Part shown: positions 59,119-64,000 of the stretch, in pieces
How the letters are laid out: each line of letters begins with the position of its first letter
Numbering within the stretch: the stretch's first letter is position 1
Assembly (NCBI RefSeq): GCF_004353825.1
Contig: NZ_SMNA01000001.1
Coordinates: 186,001 to 250,000 of the forward strand
Reading direction: 5' to 3'
DNA length: 64,000 bases
Source of the DNA: Occultella glacieicola
GTDB lineage: Bacteria > Actinomycetota > Actinomycetes > Actinomycetales > Beutenbergiaceae
The notes under the pieces: model-generated
What the model saw: the letters and a program-made list of their open reading frames with translations, nothing else
Database searches by the model: none
Told to the model about the DNA's origin: nothing
Position numbers and translations under genes: made by a program

Positions 59119-59145
59119 TACAACCAAACGGTTGTAGGTTGTCAA
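59119..59145 (-). promoter_or_regulatory. ArsR operator and promoter
   Basis: Perfect TACAACC-AAAC-GGTTGTA (59119-59136) between TTGACA (59145-59140) and TATGTT (59120-59115). Confidence 0.75.
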
Positions 59146-59168
59146 GGTCCTGTTCGAACCGGCTCTCT

Positions 59169-59185
59169 TCACCCAGAACGGGTGG
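59169..59185. promoter_or_regulatory. Near-consensus box TCACC-N7-GGTGG upstream of membrane protein / K+ channel genes
   Basis: TCACCCAGAACGGGTGG; TAGCGT -10 candidate at 59208-59213 (22 nt gap). Confidence 0.55.
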
Positions 59186-59300
59186 GGCTTGCCGAGGCCG
59201 TCGGGACTAGCGTCCTGGTATCGGTCGGGGTTCCAGTCGCCGGGTCGTCCGGCAGCGCGGACCGCGTCGGCTGTGCCGAGCGCACGGAGAGGGGCAAGGG

Positions 59301-60800
59301 ATGGACGAGGATCAGGCCCGTTCGGGTCCACCGTCGGATCGGTCGTCGGATCCGACGGACCAGCACTCTGACCAGCAATCGGACCAGCCATCCGACTATT
59401 CATCCGACCAGGCGTCGGGTGTCGGCCCGGACGACGGCGCCTCCGCCGCGTTGACCGAGCGGCTCCGGACGTTGGAGGCGGAGAACGCGTCCCTGCGGCG
59501 GCGGCTCGAGACCGCGGTCGAGCTGCCCGGGACGCCGGCGCCCACCGTGGCGTCGTCGGGGCGGGCGGGCATCCGCCTGCGGGCCGCGGCCGCGGTGGTG
59601 CTGATCGCGCTGGGTGCGCTGCTGGCCCCCGTCGCGGTCGTGGCCGCGTGGGTGGAGCGGACCCTGACCGACACCGACCGCTACGTCGCGACGGTGGCAC
59701 CGCTCGCCGAGCACCCGGTGCTGCAGTCGGCCCTGGCCGGCCGGCTGACCGGCCTGGTGATGGAGCAGATCGATGTCGGGGCCCTCCTCGAGGAGGTCTC
59801 CACGGCCATGGACGAGAACGGGATCGCGCCGCGTGCCTCCGCTGCGCTCGGCGCCCTGGAGGCGCCGCTGACGAACGGCGTGCAGTCCTTCGTCCGGGAG
59901 GCGGCCGACCGGGTCGTCCAGAGCGACCAGTTCGAGACGGTCTGGGAGCAGGCGAACCGGACGGCCCACGAGCAGATGGTCGCGGTGATGCAGGGCGCGG
60001 ACGACACCCTCCTGCAGATCGGTCGGGACGGCCAGCTCACGATCCAGCTGGCACCGATGATCGACCTGGTCAAGGAGCGCCTGGTCGAGGCCGGGCTCGG
60101 CATCGCGGGGAACATCCCCCAGGTGAACGCCTCCTTCACGATCATGCAGACCTCCCAACTCGTCGAGGTCCAGAACCGGTACGCCCAGGTGGTGGCGCTC
60201 GGCACCTGGCTGCCCTGGGTCGCGTTGATCCTGCTCGCCGGGGGCGTTCTGGTGGCGAGCCACCGGTTGCGAACGCTGATGGTGGCGGGGCTCGCGCTGG
60301 CCGGATCCATGGTGGTGCTCGGGCTGGGGCTCACCATCGCTCGCGGGCTGTACCTCGACGCGCTCATCGGCGTCGTGCTGCGCCTGGACGCGGCCGAGAT
60401 CGTCTTCGACCAGGTGGTGTCCTTCCTCCGGCTGACGCTGCGCACGGTGGGAGTGCTCGGCCTCGTGGTCGCGATCGCGGCCTACCTGGGCGGCTCGACT
60501 TCGTCCGCCCGGGCACTGCGAGCCGGTGTGGGCCGGGGTCTGGACCGGACCCGCGCCTACGGCGAGGGTCGCGGCGTGTCCACCGGCCCCGTGGGCCTGT
60601 GGCTCGGTCGCTACAAGGGCGTCCTGCGCGCGGCCGTCGTCATCATCGCTGCGCTGGTGATCCTGCTCGCCGGAAGCCCGACCCCGGCCCTCATCATCTG
60701 GGTGGCGGTCGTGGCCGTCGTACTGCTCGTGCTCCTCGAACTCCTGAGTCGTACCGAGCCCGGCGTCGAGGGCGACGCAGATGCGCGAGCCTCCACCTGA
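59301..60800 (+). CDS. Uncharacterised integral membrane protein with coiled coil and large extracytoplasmic loop
   Basis: N-terminal SDxx repeats, coiled coil LRTLEAENASLRRRL, TM, DTDRYVATVAPLA loop, several C-terminal TMs. Confidence 0.75.
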   Translation: MDEDQARSGPPSDRSSDPTDQHSDQQSDQPSDYSSDQASGVGPDDGASAALTERLRTLEAENASLRRRLETAVELPGTPAPTVASSGRAGIRLRAAAAVVLIALGALLAPVAVVAAWVERTLTDTDRYVATVAPLAEHPVLQSALAGRLTGLVMEQIDVGALLEEVSTAMDENGIAPRASAALGALEAPLTNGVQSFVREAADRVVQSDQFETVWEQANRTAHEQMVAVMQGADDTLLQIGRDGQLTIQLAPMIDLVKERLVEAGLGIAGNIPQVNASFTIMQTSQLVEVQNRYAQVVALGTWLPWVALILLAGGVLVASHRLRTLMVAGLALAGSMVVLGLGLTIARGLYLDALIGVVLRLDAAEIVFDQVVSFLRLTLRTVGVLGLVVAIAAYLGGSTSSARALRAGVGRGLDRTRAYGEGRGVSTGPVGLWLGRYKGVLRAAVVIIAALVILLAGSPTPALIIWVAVVAVVLLVLLELLSRTEPGVEGDADARAST

Positions 60801-61380
60801 GCGCGCCCGCGGTGCCGACGCGGCGCGCGTCCGGGGCACGAGCCCGTGGGTCCTGGTGCGGCCGGCGCTGTCCGCGGCCGCGGTGCTCGTCGTCTACTAC
60901 GCACTGCCCCTGGGGCGGACCTCGGCCGGAACGCTGATCCTGCTGGGCCTCGGCCTGATCGCGCTCGGCGGGATGCTGACCTGGCAGATCCGGGCCATCG
61001 CCCGTTCACGTCGGCCGGGCCTGCGGGCGATCGAGGCGCTGGCCACGGCGGTGCCGTTCTTCCTCGTCATGTTCGCGGCCCTGTACGTCGGGATGTCCCG
61101 CAGCGCCCCGGCATCGTTCTCGGAAGCCCTCGACCGGACCGACGCCCTCTACTTCACCGTGACCGTGTTCGCCACGGTCGGGTTCGGGGACATCGCGCCG
61201 GTCGCCGAGGTGGCGCGCATCGCCGTGATGGTCCAGATGCTCACGGGCATGGTGCTGCTCGGAGGGGTGCTGAAACTCGTCCTCGGCGCCGTGCGGGTGG
61301 GACTGAGCCGTGCTCCGAGAGAGTCGAGCGAGGCGAGCGAGCCGGCGGTGCCCGACGAGCACAACCCGGCGCCGGGGTGA
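60781..61380 (+). CDS. Potassium channel family protein (Ion_trans_2 pore)
   Basis: DALYFTVTVFATVGFGDIAP pore helix and filter flanked by TMs. Confidence 0.85.
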   Translation: MREPPPERARGADAARVRGTSPWVLVRPALSAAAVLVVYYALPLGRTSAGTLILLGLGLIALGGMLTWQIRAIARSRRPGLRAIEALATAVPFFLVMFAALYVGMSRSAPASFSEALDRTDALYFTVTVFATVGFGDIAPVAEVARIAVMVQMLTGMVLLGGVLKLVLGAVRVGLSRAPRESSEASEPAVPDEHNPAPG

Positions 61381-61449
61381 GCACGACGCCTTCGGTGTGA
61401 GGCAATCCGCTCGCTCGACGCACGAGGCGTGCACTAGGTTCCGAGGAGG

Positions 61450-62349
61450 ATGGCCACCCTCACCGACGACGACCTCGACGTGCTGCTGCGCCGTGCACTG
61501 TCGACACACTGGCCGGAACTCGCCCCAGCGATGGTGGCGCCACTCGGCGGTGGCATGAACTCGGCCACCGCGCACGTCCGGGTGGCCGGCGGGCGGTACG
61601 TGGCCAAATGGGTGCCGGACGGTCACCGCGAGGCCCTCCGGCTCGGTGGCGAGCACGCGCTCCGGGTGCAGTCCGCGACCGGGATCCGGACCGGGCCCCC
61701 GGTGCCGACCAGTGCCGGCGACCTCGTCGTGGCAGCCCACGGCGGCTGGCTGAGTCTGCTGCACGAGGTGGGCGGCGCTCCGCTCGACGGCGAGGCGGCG
61801 GCCGAGCAGGAGGTGATGGCGGACGTGCTCTGCGCCGTCCACGGCGCGACCTCCCGCGGTGACCGCCGGGGCGAGTTCCTCCCGGCCGCCCTCTGGCACG
61901 GCCCGCATCTCGACGTCGAACCGTGGGTCCGCACCGCCGTCGGGCAGGTGCTCGCCGAGTACGCGGCGCTCGGTCCGCAGCCGTGGGCGACCCTGCACAC
62001 CGACCCGGCGCCCGAGGCGTTCCTCGTCGAGGGCGACCGCCCCGGGCTGATCGACTGGACCGGAGCCACCGACGGCCCGGTGCTCTACGACGTGGCGTCC
62101 GCCGTCATGTACCTCGGCGGGCGGCGCCGGGCGGACCCCTTCCTACGGTCCTACCACCTCCCCGCCGATGCGGACCTGACCCACCTGGACGCCATGCGCC
62201 GGTACCGGTTCGCGGTCCAGGCTGCCTACTTCGCGGAGCGCCTGACAGGCTCCGATCGGACCGGCCTCACGGACCCCGCCGGCAACCACAAAGGCTTGGA
62301 CGATGCGCGGCGCGGCCTGGTCGTGCTCGGGGTGATCGACGAGCCGTGA
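61450..62349 (+). CDS. APH / homoserine kinase type II-like phosphotransferase
   Basis: GGMNS loop, YVAKW, LHTDP, LIDW, LYDVA; GAGGAGG RBS. Confidence 0.75.
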   Translation: MATLTDDDLDVLLRRALSTHWPELAPAMVAPLGGGMNSATAHVRVAGGRYVAKWVPDGHREALRLGGEHALRVQSATGIRTGPPVPTSAGDLVVAAHGGWLSLLHEVGGAPLDGEAAAEQEVMADVLCAVHGATSRGDRRGEFLPAALWHGPHLDVEPWVRTAVGQVLAEYAALGPQPWATLHTDPAPEAFLVEGDRPGLIDWTGATDGPVLYDVASAVMYLGGRRRADPFLRSYHLPADADLTHLDAMRRYRFAVQAAYFAERLTGSDRTGLTDPAGNHKGLDDARRGLVVLGVIDEP

Positions 62350-62470
62350 CCCGGCGGCCAGGGGGAGCCGACCACGAAAGTGTGAGCGGATCATGGACGG
62401 CAAATCGTGCGTTTGGGTGGCACAACCGAGGGAGGCCGTCCAACGGGCGGTCGAAATGGACGGTGCCCGC

Positions 62471-63500
62471 GTGGCTCACGTGCCTGCGCCCGGAAACAGC
62501 CCAGTCTCGACCCACCAGCCGACCCAGGAACCGGTCGCGACGTCGACCGAGAAGCTCTGGAGCCGCGAGTTCGTACTCGCGTGGATCGTGAACTTCTTCC
62601 TGGCCTCGACCGCTGCCATGAAACTGGCCCAGTCCGTGATCCCGCGCGCACGGCAGGGTGAGGGGACCGGCTACTTCACGCTGAGCATGACACTGGCGAC
62701 GGCGGTCGGCCCGCTGCTCGGCCTGCTACTGGTGCACCACGTCGGCTACGGTGCACTGTCCGCCGGGCTCGACCGTTGCATCGGTGCTGGCGCTCGTCAT
62801 CGCCCTGTTCCTGCGCACGAGGAGCGTTGCGCCCGAGCGGGAGGCCCGGGCGCGGCTGCTGCGGTTCCGGCCCGCGGACATGCTGCACCCGGCCGTGCTG
62901 CCGGTCGCGAGCTTCATGCTCGTCCTCGCGATCTGCTACTCCGGCGTACTCACCTACCTGCAGCCGTACGCCGCCAAGGCCGGGCCGGCCGGCGGTGCGA
63001 GCGTCTTCTTCCTCGTCTACGCGGTGTCGATGCTGCTCACCCCGACGATCATGGGACGGCTGCAGGATCGGCGCGGCGACAATGTCGTGATCGTCATAGC
63101 GGTGCTTGCGTTCGCCGTCGGGCTGGCGCTGCTGGGGCCGGCCGGCAGCGACGCACTCCTCATCGTCGCCGGAGTGGCGATGGGCCTGGGCTTCGGGTCG
63201 CTGCTAGGTGCGCTGCAGGCAGTCGCGGTCTCGAAGGTGCCGATGCGGCGGGTGGGTGTCGCGATCTCGACGCACTACTTCATGGTCGACCTGGGCATCG
63301 GGCTCGGGCCGGTGCTGCTCGGCCTCGGTCTGGGTGTGTTCGGGTTCGACACGATGTATCTCGCGCCGGCCGGCGTCGCCCTGGTCTCCCTCGGACTGTA
63401 CGAGCTCGTCCACGGGCGGCACGAGCGGGCCTGCCGTCGGGCGGGGTCCGAGGACAGCGAGGGTGTGGCAGCCGTGGAGGAACAGTTCGTCATGCGTTGA
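62471..63500 (+). pseudogene. MFS transporter with probable internal deletion and a frameshift
   Basis: TM1 (KLWSREF..NFFLA) joined directly to STAA..IPRARQGEGTGYF; frame changes near 62760-62767 into the C-terminal half (GRLQDRRG motif); start uncertain. Confidence 0.75.
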
Positions 63501-63558
63501 CCGCGCCGATGACGGCCGGTTCTTGAAGGCGAGGCGCGAGAGGCCCTAGGTTCACGAG

Positions 63559-64000
63559 ATGGGGCACTTCGAGTGGGGGCCGCCGGGCGATGACGACGCG
63601 CCGACTGCCGTCATGCTTCCTGGTGGCCTCTACTCCGTCCAGGGTCCGCTGCTCTACTGGTGCGCCGAGGTGCTGCTCCAACGAGGGTGGCGAGTGATCG
63701 GGGTCGTCTGGCCGCCGGAGGTCTCCTCGGCAGCGGACCCTCGTCACCACGTCGAGGCGGAACTCGACGCGGTCATTGCCGCAGTCGGCGGAACCCCGGA
63801 CCTCGTCGTCGCCAAATCGCTGGGAAGCCACGCGCTCCCGTGGTCGATCCGGGAAGGCGTCCCTGGAGTCTGGCTGACCCCGGTACTCACCGACCCCACC
63901 GTGATCGATGCCCTGGCCCGCGCCGGGCCGAGCCACCTCGCGATAGGAGGCACCGTCGATCCGATGTGGGCCCCCGCCGCCACCCTGACGACACGCGCCG
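63559..64000 (+). CDS. Alpha/beta hydrolase fold protein, partial (runs off the window)
   Basis: MLPGGLYSVQGPLL, nucleophile elbow VAKSLG, WLTP, IGGTVDP; TAGGTT six nt before ATG; absent from ORF track because no stop in window. Confidence 0.7.
   Translation, partial: MGHFEWGPPGDDDAPTAVMLPGGLYSVQGPLLYWCAEVLLQRGWRVIGVVWPPEVSSAADPRHHVEAELDAVIAAVGGTPDLVVAKSLGSHALPWSIREGVPGVWLTPVLTDPTVIDALARAGPSHLAIGGTVDPMWAPAATLTTRA

Overview
High-GC actinobacterial chromosomal window, most consistent with Micrococcales (inference from gene content, not a database result). Left to right: the 3' end of a contractile injection system (CIS) cluster (baseplate J-like, tail I-like, Zn-ribbon/Pro-rich membrane anchor); a STAND-BTAD regulator; a MATE transporter and dnaB separated by a DnaA-box cluster; a divergent carotenoid cluster (crtE-crtB-crtI versus marR, SDR/DUF2867, two-subunit lycopene cyclase, P450, GT2, CrtO-like acyltransferase); small stress genes with two frameshifted genes and a ynfA stub; a LacI-controlled sugar ABC/glycosidase unit; vapBC; a PadR/DUF1048/ABC operon; DUF389 coupled to a giant sortase-type surface protein, an AraC regulator and a second giant paralogue; a PL8 lyase; and a SHOCT/CMD/MalT-LuxR/arylsulfatase/membrane protein/K+ channel block; it ends with an APH-like kinase, a broken MFS and a partial hydrolase. 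The strongest unannotated signal is a 17-bp palindrome, TCAYS-N7-SRTGA, found five times upstream of otherwise unrelated genes, four times 22-23 nt before a plausible -10 element. This suggests an undescribed regulon of the local MalT/LuxR protein that may include the 2,499-aa surface protein. Also notable: an A/T-ending codon patch exactly at the empty DnaB P-loop intein site, and a thermozeaxanthin-like carotenoid tailoring set. No rRNA, tRNA, CRISPR array or transposase was recognised. Family assignments are from motif recognition only.
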